Shown here: in pieces, positions 46,404-56,800 of the stretch
Layout: each line of letters begins with the position of its first letter
Position numbering within the stretch: the first letter of the stretch is position 1
Source of the DNA: a virus
Lineage: Duplodnaviria > Heunggongvirae > Uroviricota > Caudoviricetes
Reading direction: 5' to 3' (one strand)
DNA length: 64,000 nt
Virus record (IMG/VR): IMGVR_UViG_3300033076_000972
Span: 43,329 to 107,328 of that record
Program-made: the position numbers and the translations under genes
Notes under the pieces: model-generated
The model's database searches: none
Told to the model about the DNA's origin: nothing
The model's input: only the letters and a program-made list of their open reading frames with translations

Positions 46404-47726
46404 TTATTCTTCAAGATATTTAAAACTGTTACCATCCTCAATGTATTTATAATCAACACCATTTACATCAGTTACTATATAAACATTACCTTCTTTTTTA
46501 AATGTTTCTTTACCTGTATAGTCAGCACCCCAATCTTTTTTGATAAATTCTTTAAAATTAAATAATGGGTCAACTTTCTGTATTTGTTTTTTACCTTTTT
46601 CCCACAATTTATTAGCCTCTTCCATTGAAATGTTTTCAGATAACGTATCTTTGATATCCGATATAAATGTTGCTGGTAACCATAATGGTGTGTAGAAAAA
46701 CTTCATACCAATTTTACTTATAAAGTAATCATGCCATTCAGCTAAAGCAACTTCTCTTTGACTGTCAGTCATTGTTTCCCATTCAGGGTACTTCGCATTA
46801 ACCCATTTTAAAAAAAGTGCTTCTTTTATTCTCAAACTCTGAATTATTGAGTACCCGCTAATTACTAACCCAATTGTAAAATACCACTGTAGTACTCCTG
46901 TCAATTTATTACCTTCAAATTTATAATTTTTTAAAAACTTAGTTATCCATGATGTTTTATAATTTGCCGGTAACTCATCATAAATTTTTTGAACATCATT
47001 GGTTAAATATGTTAAAATATTTTCATATGTAGGGTCAGATACATTTTTAATAATTTTATTATATAAACCATCTAAAAATTCTTGAGAATTTCTTTTTTTA
47101 GTTATTGTGTTAAATTGGTCTCTTGTATTTGGGTCGGTAAGTAATTCAACTAAAGCATCATCAGCATTTTTAGTTATTGTATTTTTATCAACTTTGATTG
47201 TTTCATAAGCCCATTTAAATATTTTTTTTGGTGTTAGAATTGATGGGTCGGTTAAAAGTGAGTTTGTAATTTTTTTAATATTTACAGTGTCTTCTATACC
47301 TACTTTTTTCAAAAATAATTTAAAGTCATCGTATTCAAGAGCCCCCAAATCTTTAAGTAATGGTTTGTTTGTTAATAAATTATCAACAAAAGTTGTTTCT
47401 AATTTAGTATTGCTATTTATTAATTTTAAAAATTTTGATATTGCGGCTTCGTTAGTTGAAGTTGCTAATTCAGAAACTATTTTACTAGCTCTTGCAAATT
47501 CATCATCAACATTTGTTATAGTTCTACCTAAATCAGGAAACTCAGTCAAAAAATCATCAATTGAATTTGCGAATATATTTCTTTCGGCTCTTGAAAATGT
47601 TTTAATTCCTGTTAGTACGTTATCTAATACACTTAAAACTGTTGGGAGTAATCCTTCACCTTCTGTTATCAACATCAATTCTCTATATCTTTTGATTTCA
47701 CTAATAATATTTTGTTTCATAATCAT
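46404..47726 (-). CDS. Hypothetical protein
   Basis: 440-aa ORF. Confidence 0.45.
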   Translation of the reverse strand: MIMKQNIISEIKRYRELMLITEGEGLLPTVLSVLDNVLTGIKTFSRAERNIFANSIDDFLTEFPDLGRTITNVDDEFARASKIVSELATSTNEAAISKFLKLINSNTKLETTFVDNLLTNKPLLKDLGALEYDDFKLFLKKVGIEDTVNIKKITNSLLTDPSILTPKKIFKWAYETIKVDKNTITKNADDALVELLTDPNTRDQFNTITKKRNSQEFLDGLYNKIIKNVSDPTYENILTYLTNDVQKIYDELPANYKTSWITKFLKNYKFEGNKLTGVLQWYFTIGLVISGYSIIQSLRIKEALFLKWVNAKYPEWETMTDSQREVALAEWHDYFISKIGMKFFYTPLWLPATFISDIKDTLSENISMEEANKLWEKGKKQIQKVDPLFNFKEFIKKDWGADYTGKETFKKEGNVYIVTDVNGVDYKYIEDGNSFKYLEE

Positions 47727-47744
47727 ATAAATATATTGTAAAAA

Positions 47745-49685
47745 TTATTTATTTGTTTGTGTAGTATCTGCATTAATAAATAAATTCTTTTCATCTGGTT
47801 TTAATTCAACATCAAACATACCTGATAAATCAATTTCATTATCCATGTTATTAATTGTTGTGTCTAAACCATTTGTAATTTTTTCTAAGAACGCATTATA
47901 TTTTTCTTTTGCGGTTTTTTCTTTTAATTTATTAACAATATCTCTTTTTTTCTTAATTTCATCTAAAATTTCTTCAGCATTCTTAAATTTTTTTGCGGTG
48001 AATAACTTTTCAAAATTTGTTTTTAATTGATTTCTCTCATTTTCTGTTAGGTTTTGGTCCAAAGACAATGAATTAAAGATTAAATCAAACATTTCTAATC
48101 TAGTTTTAGATTGTATTTCAGCATCATCCAATGTATCCCAAAGAGAATATAAGGCTAATCCTGTCGCACCAAGTTCCGCACCTATTTTTTGACCAATTAT
48201 ATTAGATTTAACAGGACTTAATTTTACAAGTTCTTTAATTTTATTTTGTGCGTTTGTATTTTTTACTGAATTTATTACCTTTTCTAAATTACCTGTTTTT
48301 GATAACGCATCCATTATTTTTAACTCTTCGTCAGTCAATGTTTTGAATATATTCGCAACATCACTTTTTGTAGATGCGTTTGCAAACTTTTTGGCCAAGT
48401 TTGTGGCCTCCGAAGGACTAACTTTAATACCAAATGATGCAAATGGTGTAAATGCAAGTATGGTACTCAACAAAGCTCCCGCAGAATCACCTGAATCTGA
48501 TTGTATTTTTGCAGCAACTAAATCTAAACCAAGAGATGCTAAATAAGCAATTAAATTACCTTTACCAAGTACACTAACAATCATGGAAACCCCATTTAGT
48601 ATTAAAGCACCATATTCTTCTATAAATGAGGCGTTACCATATCTTAATTTATCGTAAGGAATTAATTTATCATTTGATTTGAAATAATATTTTTTTGATA
48701 TTTCGTAATTTCCTTCGTTATTTACAAATAAATTTTTTTTCCAAATATATTCATCATATGGTGGCGGTAATATAAAATCTTTTACAGTATCTTTAATTTT
48801 ACTAAATATCCATTGATATAAATCACCATTTTTAGGTACGTTACCTGATTGATAAAGTCCTTTAGGTGAATTTGTAAAACGTCTTAATTCATCATCTGTT
48901 AATTTGGTTATGAATGATTTTTTAATTGAGTCTACCGAATTAAAATCTTCGTAAGTAAAATAACTAACTTTACTATTTTTTGGTAGGTCAACATCACCAT
49001 ATTCATTAAAGGATGCAAATTTTGTTTTACCATATTTATCATTCAATTTTTTAACCTCTTGGCAGTACTCGGGATAGTACGCACAGCTACCCAAATTTTT
49101 TTGATATTGTATAATATAATCATCCAATTCTTTTCCAGATAAACCACTCCCATATGGTGAAACCATTTTTTTGGTACCAACACCAAATTGTTTTTTTAAT
49201 TCGGCTAATTCTCTTTGATATAAAGATTCAATATTTTTAAGTTGTTCTTTTTGTTTTAAAACCGGTGCTAATTTTTCTTGTTGTTTTGGGTCATACTCAG
49301 GAAATTGTTGTTGAAATCTTCCACCTGGTCCTAAGTAGTCTGATTGAGGTATTTGAGGTTTTTCAAATTTCGGAATTTGAGTTGTTTGTGTTTTTGGCAT
49401 CTGAGAAACAATTTTATTAATGTTTCTTCCTGCCAATGCTGTTTGAATTTTATTAAAATCGGCGGTTTGTGGGTATTGATTATTTGTGATATTTGGATAT
49501 ATATCTTTTGCTGGTATGTTTGAGTTGTTAGTACCAGGGTACCCAACTAATTTACCTGATGGTGTATAATAATATCCACCTTGTTCCAATATTATTTCTC
49601 TGTTTTCAGAAAGCGTTTTTGAACTATCGTACTTCATGCGAAGTAAAATCTCATTCAATATTTCTTGTGGATTCTGATTGTTCAT
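47745..49685 (-). CDS. Large hypothetical protein with a hydrophobic central segment (possible tail or tape-measure-like)
   Basis: 646 aa. Hydrophobic stretches GALILNGVSMIVSVLG…LASLGLDLVAAKI and a coiled-coil C-terminus. Confidence 0.35.
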   Translation of the reverse strand: MNNQNPQEILNEILLRMKYDSSKTLSENREIILEQGGYYYTPSGKLVGYPGTNNSNIPAKDIYPNITNNQYPQTADFNKIQTALAGRNINKIVSQMPKTQTTQIPKFEKPQIPQSDYLGPGGRFQQQFPEYDPKQQEKLAPVLKQKEQLKNIESLYQRELAELKKQFGVGTKKMVSPYGSGLSGKELDDYIIQYQKNLGSCAYYPEYCQEVKKLNDKYGKTKFASFNEYGDVDLPKNSKVSYFTYEDFNSVDSIKKSFITKLTDDELRRFTNSPKGLYQSGNVPKNGDLYQWIFSKIKDTVKDFILPPPYDEYIWKKNLFVNNEGNYEISKKYYFKSNDKLIPYDKLRYGNASFIEEYGALILNGVSMIVSVLGKGNLIAYLASLGLDLVAAKIQSDSGDSAGALLSTILAFTPFASFGIKVSPSEATNLAKKFANASTKSDVANIFKTLTDEELKIMDALSKTGNLEKVINSVKNTNAQNKIKELVKLSPVKSNIIGQKIGAELGATGLALYSLWDTLDDAEIQSKTRLEMFDLIFNSLSLDQNLTENERNQLKTNFEKLFTAKKFKNAEEILDEIKKKRDIVNKLKEKTAKEKYNAFLEKITNGLDTTINNMDNEIDLSGMFDVELKPDEKNLFINADTTQTNK

Positions 49686-50026
49686 TATAATAACGTGTTA
49701 CCTTTCCCTCTTTTAATTCCTGATTCCCATTTAGTGACACCAACTTGATTGGCTTTACCTCTTGTCAAACCTGATTCCCATTTAGTATTACCAACAGGAT
49801 TTGCCTTACCTCTTGATACACCTGATTCCCATTTTGTAACTGATGGGTATCCTTTTCCGCCCTTTTCACTTGTTGATGTACTTGATGAAGATGAAGAAGG
49901 TGCTGACGATGATGGTGTTGATGGTTCAGGAGCAGCCGCTGGTTCAGCAGCAGGTTCCTCATCTTCTACCATCATAAGTTGTTTGATTCTTTTTAATTCT
50001 TCATTCAGCATTACCAATAAATACAA
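49685..50026 (-). CDS. Small protein with a 3x 17-aa tandem repeat (TKWESG-x3-RGKAN-x-VG)
   Basis: Comes from a 51-nt DNA tandem repeat at 49719-49871. The N-terminus is Ala/Pro/Ser-rich. Confidence 0.45.
   Translation of the reverse strand: MYLLVMLNEELKRIKQLMMVEDEEPAAEPAAAPEPSTPSSSAPSSSSSSTSTSEKGGKGYPSVTKWESGVSRGKANPVGNTKWESGLTRGKANQVGVTKWESGIKRGKGNTLL
49719..49871. repeat. 51-nt tandem repeat x3
   Basis: The CCTGATTCCCATTT… units begin at 49719, 49770 and 49821. Confidence 0.8.
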
Positions 50027-50038
50027 CGTTATTGTATA

Positions 50039-50371
50039 TTATTCGTATTCTGCAGGTGGAATTTTATCAGGGTAAACAACATAGAATTCATTTAAAAAAG
50101 ACATAAGTTCATCTTCATCCAAATATTCAGGGAACTCATTATCAAATTCTAAAGAATCATCATCAAATAACCAGTCAGTCGCTGGTGCTAAATAATCAAA
50201 CCCAAATTCTTCAAAGAAGTTGTTTTCGATTACATCGGTCCTAACCATGTCCTCTTCATCGTTCATTAATCTAAAGGTGACTTCAGTAATGTTTTCAGAT
50301 TGGTGGTAGGAAATAATTTCAACTATTTCCATTTTGTTTTGTTGCAAAAAATATTTATCTTTGCTTATCAA
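50039..50371 (-). CDS. Acidic hypothetical protein
   Basis: ORF. Confidence 0.4.
   Translation of the reverse strand: MISKDKYFLQQNKMEIVEIISYHQSENITEVTFRLMNDEEDMVRTDVIENNFFEEFGFDYLAPATDWLFDDDSLEFDNEFPEYLDEDELMSFLNEFYVVYPDKIPPAEYE
50334..50363 (+). promoter_or_regulatory. Promoter TTG-N19-TATCTTTG
   Basis: TTG at 50334 and TATCTTTG at 50356-50363, upstream of the small + strand gene at 50415. Confidence 0.45.
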
Positions 50372-50414
50372 AATATCTTAATAAATTACAAAAGACACAG
50401 TAAATCCAAAAAAT

Positions 50415-50627
50415 ATGTTATTTAAAAAAACTAAATCCGAACCAAATTTGATTGAATTTCGTAAAGCTTGCGTTGTTATTGATTCATGTAAGACATATTC
50501 ACAACTAAAAACAGCGTTGAATTATGCCAATCTTTATTACGCTAAAAATAAAGATTATGCAACTCATCAACACTTGATGAAGTTAATTGCCAAAAAACTT
50601 GAGGAAACTAAATTAGTTAAATTTTGA
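50415..50627 (+). CDS. Small hypothetical protein
   Basis: 70-aa ORF with its own consensus promoter. Confidence 0.45.
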   Translation: MLFKKTKSEPNLIEFRKACVVIDSCKTYSQLKTALNYANLYYAKNKDYATHQHLMKLIAKKLEETKLVKF

Positions 50628-51311
50628 GAATCTTTTAAACCAATTCAAAGATTCTTGGATTGATTCTTTTACTTTTTCAGGGTCTTCAATACCTTCAAAA
50701 GTATCTGTTGAACCAAATGGTCCTGGTGAATCAAACTCGTATGCTGGTTTTTCTTCAGGGTACATTTCTTCACCGTCAGCTGATAAATCTAATGACATGT
50801 CATTTTTATCATCTAATGAATAAACATCATCGTGTTGGAATTGTTCAGGACCTTTAGAATCAAAATCATAATTATCAAAGTCTAATTCTGAATAAGGTTC
50901 AGCAACTTCATTTACACCTTCGTACATTCCACCACACTCATTACAAACACCTTCATTATACATTCCACCACATTCACACATTTCATTTTCAACATAATCA
51001 AATGCTCCGTAATGTGGTTCAGCAACAGGTCCACCTGCTTTGTATCCACACTCCATACATTCACCTTCATACATGTTACCACCACACTCACATTTTTCAC
51101 CCATTGATTCATTAATACCAACGTTGGTATAAGATTTAACCTCACCTTTATTATTAACTGTTACACCGCCTTTATCACCCGCTGGGTCATAAGTGTGAAT
51201 TCTGTTATCAGGTTCAGGAAATCTTAATGTTTGATAACCATCATATGGTTTATTATGTTGGCTTAATAAGGCTTGTTTTTCTTCGTCAGAAATGTTTAAC
51301 ATGTATCTCAT
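50613..51311 (-). CDS. Cys-rich repeat protein (3x CECGG-x-MYEG-x-C-x-ECG)
   Basis: KCECGGNMYEGECMECGYKAGG, MCECGGMYNEGVCNECGGMYEG and related units suggest zinc-ribbon-like repeats. Confidence 0.45.
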   Translation of the reverse strand: MRYMLNISDEEKQALLSQHNKPYDGYQTLRFPEPDNRIHTYDPAGDKGGVTVNNKGEVKSYTNVGINESMGEKCECGGNMYEGECMECGYKAGGPVAEPHYGAFDYVENEMCECGGMYNEGVCNECGGMYEGVNEVAEPYSELDFDNYDFDSKGPEQFQHDDVYSLDDKNDMSLDLSADGEEMYPEEKPAYEFDSPGPFGSTDTFEGIEDPEKVKESIQESLNWFKRFSKFN

Positions 51312-51471
51312 ACCTAATAAATATAATAATTTTCTAAAATCTACTTGATTCTAAAATTAAACTTTATTACAATTTCATTACAGGGTTAGGGAATGGTAAT
51401 TTAAGTCTCAAAGCATCTTGGTAATTTGTAAAAGCCCTAAATTCCATTCCACCCTTTTTTAAAACTAAAAA

Positions 51472-51768
51472 ATGAACTTTAATATAGATTTGGATGAATA
51501 CGCTGAAGGAGCCATTTTATTAGATGGACTTGAAGAAGCAATTATTGGTATTGTTGAAGAATTTGGAAACGGAAGAAGGGTCTTATATTCAAAACCAAAA
51601 ATATTATCAATCCTATGTGAAAGAGATTTGATGACAATGGGTGAGGCAGAAGAATTCTATGACTATAACATTTTAGGTTTACATGCTGGTGAACAAAATG
51701 CGGTTTTCTTGGATGTAGAAATTTTACCTGAAAAAACCGATGACGGTTACAAATATTTGATTCCTTAA
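51472..51768 (+). CDS. Hypothetical protein
   Basis: 98-aa ORF. Confidence 0.4.
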   Translation: MNFNIDLDEYAEGAILLDGLEEAIIGIVEEFGNGRRVLYSKPKILSILCERDLMTMGEAEEFYDYNILGLHAGEQNAVFLDVEILPEKTDDGYKYLIP

Positions 51769-51787
51769 TTTTTTTATTGTATCTTTG
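51757..51787 (+). promoter_or_regulatory. Promoter TTG-N20-TATCTTTG; the ATG lies about 5 nt from the -7 box, which implies a leaderless or near-leaderless mRNA
   Basis: TTG at 51757, TATCTTTG at 51780-51787, and the first ATG at 51792. Confidence 0.5.
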
Positions 51788-51791
51788 TAAC

Positions 51792-52442
51792 ATGAAATTG
51801 ATTTTAGAAAAGAATCAACAATTGTTTTTTACAAGTGATACTCACTATTCACACTCAAACATCTGTCGTGCAACGACTCGTTGGAACGGTGCGGATAATT
51901 TGACTCGTGATTTTAAATCGCTTGAACACATGAATGACACATTGGTAAACAATATCAATGAAGTTGTTGGTGAAAATGACATTTTGATTCACTTGGGTGA
52001 CTGGTCTTTTGGTGGATTTGAACAAATTCAAGATTTCCGTAATCGAATTTTGTGTAAAAACATTCACTTAATTTACGGAAACCACGACCACCACATTAGA
52101 AGAAATAAAGGTGATATACAAGAGATTTTTAGTTCAACTCAAGATTATATACACTTGGATTTAAGGATTCCAAACGGTAAAGAAGTTGATAAAATGACTT
52201 TGGTTTGTATGCACTACCCAATTGCAAGTTGGGATGGAATGAACGATGGTGTAATCCACTTACACGGTCACGTTCACTTACCACCTAATTTAAGACTTGC
52301 CGAAGGTAAAGCGATGGATGTTGGTGTTGACGGAAATAATTTGTATCCTATCAACATAAAAGAAATCCGTTCTATTATGAAAGATAGACCTCACAGAAAA
52401 TTAACATTACCTAAAGACCATCACGAAAAAAGAATTGACTAA
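51792..52442 (+). CDS. Calcineurin-like metallophosphoesterase
   Basis: Motifs SDTHYSH (D-x-H), GDWSFGG (GD), GNHDHH (GNHD/E) and HGHVH (GH-x-H). Confidence 0.75.
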   Translation: MKLILEKNQQLFFTSDTHYSHSNICRATTRWNGADNLTRDFKSLEHMNDTLVNNINEVVGENDILIHLGDWSFGGFEQIQDFRNRILCKNIHLIYGNHDHHIRRNKGDIQEIFSSTQDYIHLDLRIPNGKEVDKMTLVCMHYPIASWDGMNDGVIHLHGHVHLPPNLRLAEGKAMDVGVDGNNLYPINIKEIRSIMKDRPHRKLTLPKDHHEKRID

Positions 52443-52443
52443 T

Positions 52444-52866
52444 ATGACAACTTATACATCACAAGGAAAAAACCTTTATCTATTACGTGGAGTACCAGGA
52501 GCTGGTAAATCTACATTGGCAAAACAACTTGGTTGTACTCATTTTGAGACTGACACTTATTTTATGGTAGACGGTGAATACAAATTTGACCCGTCCAAAT
52601 TAAAAGATGCTCACAAGTGGTGTCAAGATGAAGTACATAATGCGATGATTCTGAATATCACCACAGGTGAACATTCTGATATTGTAGTTTCTAATACATT
52701 TACCCAAGCATGGGAAATGGAACCATATATGGAACTTGCTAAAAGTTGGGGATATAGAGTATTTTCATTGGTTGTTGAGCATAGACACGAGGGGTCTAAT
52801 CAACACAATGTTCCCGAAGAAAAGTTACAACAAATGACTGACAGATTTGAACTTAAATTAAAATAA
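52444..52866 (+). CDS. P-loop polynucleotide kinase-like protein (5'-OH kinase candidate)
   Basis: Walker A LLRGVPGAGKSTLAKQLG resembles the T4 Pnk and bacterial Pnkp kinase domains. It is 143 aa and starts 1 nt after the phosphoesterase stop. Confidence 0.55.
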   Translation: MTTYTSQGKNLYLLRGVPGAGKSTLAKQLGCTHFETDTYFMVDGEYKFDPSKLKDAHKWCQDEVHNAMILNITTGEHSDIVVSNTFTQAWEMEPYMELAKSWGYRVFSLVVEHRHEGSNQHNVPEEKLQQMTDRFELKLK

Positions 52867-52871
52867 AATAT

Positions 52872-53699
52872 ATGATTAAAAAACTAACACTTACGATGAT
52901 GGTGTTGTTTGCCACCTTAACAGCAAACGCAAGATGTGATTGGAGTAAAGTTACTCTCCAACAATGGAATTCTGGAACTTATTACAAATGGTACTTGAGA
53001 GGTTTTGATGTTGATTCTTGTAAATCAATGACGTTCCTAATGTATGATTTTCAGACTAAAAAAATTGACACGTTGTACCAACTTAACGGTTTGTGTCAAG
53101 TATCGTTTAATGTACCTGGTACATATAAACTCTATGTCAAATTGATTGACAAATGTAACAAGTGTGATACCGCTTTGTATCGTACGGTTGAAATTCAAAG
53201 ATGGTCACCAAAGGCATCTTATTCGGGTAAATTGGTAACTTGTGATAGTTTGGTTGGTGAAATGACCAAAGTAACTACAACTGACACTTGTTACCGTTAT
53301 TATTACACATTATATCATGGTGATGAATTAGATTCACTAACTCAACAACAATGGGATACTATGAGTGAAATGGATTTAGCAGTATCATATTCTTGGAACC
53401 CAAATGATGTTCATTATTATTCTGATAATTCAAGATTGATTAAATATAAATTTCCACATAATGGTAGATTCTTATTATTAGTTCAATACTATAATACATG
53501 TAATGAACAAGATACGTTCTTTATTCGAAAATATACGATTAATTGTAATTCTATTGGTCTTACAGAGTTGAAAAAATCGGAACCTAAATTGATTGGTGTT
53601 TATGATATGATGGGTCGACCTGTTCCATATATTCGTAAAGAAGAAATTTTAATTTACCTTTATGATAATGGAACAACCAAAAAGGTATTAATACACTAA
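52872..53699 (+). CDS. Secreted Cys-rich protein with a putative T9SS type-A C-terminal sorting domain
   Basis: Signal peptide MIKKLTLTMMVLFATLTANA. The C-terminal VYDMMGRPVPY…IYLYDNGTTKKVLI resembles the Por_Secre_tail (vYDllGRkV…GvYfv) consensus. Confidence 0.4.
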   Translation: MIKKLTLTMMVLFATLTANARCDWSKVTLQQWNSGTYYKWYLRGFDVDSCKSMTFLMYDFQTKKIDTLYQLNGLCQVSFNVPGTYKLYVKLIDKCNKCDTALYRTVEIQRWSPKASYSGKLVTCDSLVGEMTKVTTTDTCYRYYYTLYHGDELDSLTQQQWDTMSEMDLAVSYSWNPNDVHYYSDNSRLIKYKFPHNGRFLLLVQYYNTCNEQDTFFIRKYTINCNSIGLTELKKSEPKLIGVYDMMGRPVPYIRKEEILIYLYDNGTTKKVLIH

Positions 53700-53720
53700 T
53701 TTTATTTATTTCAAATATTT

Positions 53721-53756
53721 AAAATCCCCCACCTTAAAAATGGGGGATTTTTTTTA
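53721..53756 (+). terminator. Intrinsic terminator
   Basis: AAAATCCCCCACCTTAAAAATGGGGGATTTTTTTT. Confidence 0.7.
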
Positions 53757-53803
53757 CACTCAGAATACCTTTTAATGACTATTATTGTCTATACTTATAA
53801 AAT

Positions 53804-56800
53804 ATGAAGAAGTTATTGCTTTTTATGATGTTCTTGTTCAGTTTCTTGACTGTACAAGCAACCCACATGATGGGTGCAGATGTTTCCTACAAATGTTTGG
53901 GAAATGGAAAATATAAAATTATTGCTAAAGTTTACCGAGATTGTAGGGGTGTGTCTATGGGTACACCATCATTTGGTGCTTATGCAGGGTTAAACGGTGG
54001 AAATGGTTGTGGTAACTATACACTAAGTGGATTATCAAGGGTTTCAATTAAAGATGTTACCACAAGATGCTCAACTACTAGTAACCCGTGTGGTTCACCT
54101 AACTCAGCGTTTGCTAATAAAGGTGTTGAGGAACACACATTTGAAGCTACGATTGATTTTAATACGTCACCATTAAATAATTTTGTTAATAAATCAACAT
54201 GTTGTGAGGTTACATTTTATGTAAATGAATGTTGTAGAAATGGTGCAATTAGTACAGGTCAAGCCTCTCAAAATTTTTATGCAACTGCAATGATTAATAT
54301 TTGTAACCTTCAGAAAATGAAGGACAAATGTAACAGTTCACCACAACTATCAAACCCACCTATTGCCTTTCTATGTTGTAATCAGCCTTGGTATTATAAT
54401 AATGGTGCCATAGATACAATAGATTATGATTCAATTTCATATAAATTAGTCAATGGACTTCAAGGTATTCCAAATAGTTCGGTATCATACGCCTCACCAT
54501 TTACCGCAAAAGTTCCCATGACACCGTATTGTGTACCACCTACAACCATAAACTGTGTGCCAAACCCAAAAACAAATCCACCGAGAGGTTTTTATTTTGA
54601 CACCACAAATGGTGATGTTATTACGACACCAACTAAATGTGATGAATCTGCCGTTATATGTGTTGAACAGACTGAATGGAGAAAAGATACGTCAGGTGTA
54701 TGGCGTGTAATTGGTAGAACAAGACGTGACATGCAAGTTTGGGTTAGGGATGATTGTGGTTATAATAAAGCACCAACTCTTGGTCCAAAGTTTACATATC
54801 AAGTTTGTGAGGGTGAAACATTAAAATTCAAAGTGGAATCTGACGATGAAACATTTACACCGTATCAAACAACTCCTGACACAACAACAATGAAGTGGAA
54901 TGCGGGTATTCCCGGTGCAAAGTTTACATTAGCAAATAAAAGTGATTGGCCTGAAAAACGTAAGTCATATGCTTGGTTTGAATGGACACCTCCGATTGGT
55001 TCAGCTTCTGATATATCATATTCATTTACAGTTACAGTTAGTGACCAACACTGTGAACCACCAGCAACATCAATTCGTTCATTCAAGATTAAGGTTAATC
55101 CAAAACCTAAATCAAAACGTAGATATACACAATTAAAGTGTGGTAGGTTTGCCATGGAAGCATATGAAATATATGCAGCATCAAGTTATTCTTGGAGTGT
55201 TAGAGATACCTTAGCGAAAGAATTATTTTACTCTTCAAAGAAAACAGATACCATGAACTATTACTATGAAGGTAAGTACATTATAGTTCATAAATTAACA
55301 AGTGCTCAGTCATGTGTAACAATTTATAGTGATACTGTTTATCTAACACAACCACCAAAAGTAATATTGGCCGATGCTGATAGTTTTGCTTGTTATGGAA
55401 CAACTTTCAATCTCAAAGCAAAAGTTATTGCGGGTAAACCTACGTTGAAATATAAGTGGAACAACGGTGATACTTTGGACTATACCACAATCAAAAACTT
55501 CAAAAAAGATTCAACATTGATGTTGGAAGTAACGGATGGTGATGGTTGTAAATTCCGTGATACAACAAAAACATTTGTTAAACCATTACCTGTTGTTAGT
55601 TTGGGTTCAGATAAAGTTATCTGTACATATGAAACTAACACATTTGATGGTCAAAACAACGATACCGTAAAATACTTGTGGAGTACTGGTGATACTACCC
55701 GTTACATGACAACTAATCTCAAGGGAATCTATTGGGTTAAAATTACTGACACCACATATATGTGTGTTAAATACGACACGGCAATATTAGTTGTGAATGA
55801 TACTGTAATATCCAATGCGGGACCAAACCAAGCAATTTGTGATAAAGACACATTCATATTAAAGGCAACACACAATCCGTTTATTTTAACTCCAACATAT
55901 ACTTGGGGTGGATTGGGTAATTTGTCAACCTATAAGTTGAAATCTGATATAACAAAATCAGCTTATATGTTTACATTGAAGACGGTGATTACTCAAAATG
56001 GTCACACCTGTGAAGACATGGATACTATTTTTGTTAGAGTTAAACCATTACCAAAAATTAGTTGGAATCCAAAACCATTAAAACCACAATGTTATTCTTA
56101 TGGTGATATTTGGATGGAACCATTCTTGGTTAAACCTCATAACTTTGGAACATATGAAATATGGAGCGGAAGCAAAAATAAAATAGGAAACATTGTTACG
56201 AATCCATCTAACGGACGATTCCTGTTCAACACCCAATCATTGGACAACAGCAAACTACAGGGAGGTAATAACTACACCACCAAAATGTATGTTAAGTTTA
56301 ATGATACAAATGGTTGTTATAATATAGATTCAACAACCCAAGTAATTTATGGTACTCCATTAATTCAGTTAAAAAGTGCAACTGTTTGTCAGAACGCTAA
56401 ATTTTTAATGATGGACAATGTGAGAGTAAGACCCGCAACCAAAAACGGTGTAAGTATGTTATGGCAGGTAGTGAGAGGACCTGCAGGTGTTGACACTTCC
56501 AAGTTATTGATGAATATCTCAACAAATTCAACACCAAACATAATGTTTTGGTTTGGCACTGGCAATTCAAATTACTATAAGGGAAAATATACATTCAGAC
56601 TTACTGTTAAAGACGTACTCACTGGTTGTCAAAGCACAGATACTGTTGACATAAACGTTGCTGGTGAACCCGTTGTTTCATTAAAACCTCTACCAATATT
56701 CTGTGAGAACTCAGGTGTGAATATCAATTTGTTTGATTATGTTGATGTCAGTTATGTTACGGGTGGAATTGTAACAAAAAAACTGTCTATTCAAGATGTT

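Noticed and set aside
51777-51791. TTG start at 51777 for the metallophosphoesterase (and similarly TTG 41831, 42370, 43164 and 43803 from the ORF track)
   Set aside because: These TTGs lie inside the promoter boxes or hairpins themselves. The first ATG downstream keeps all conserved motifs, so the ATG starts were used.
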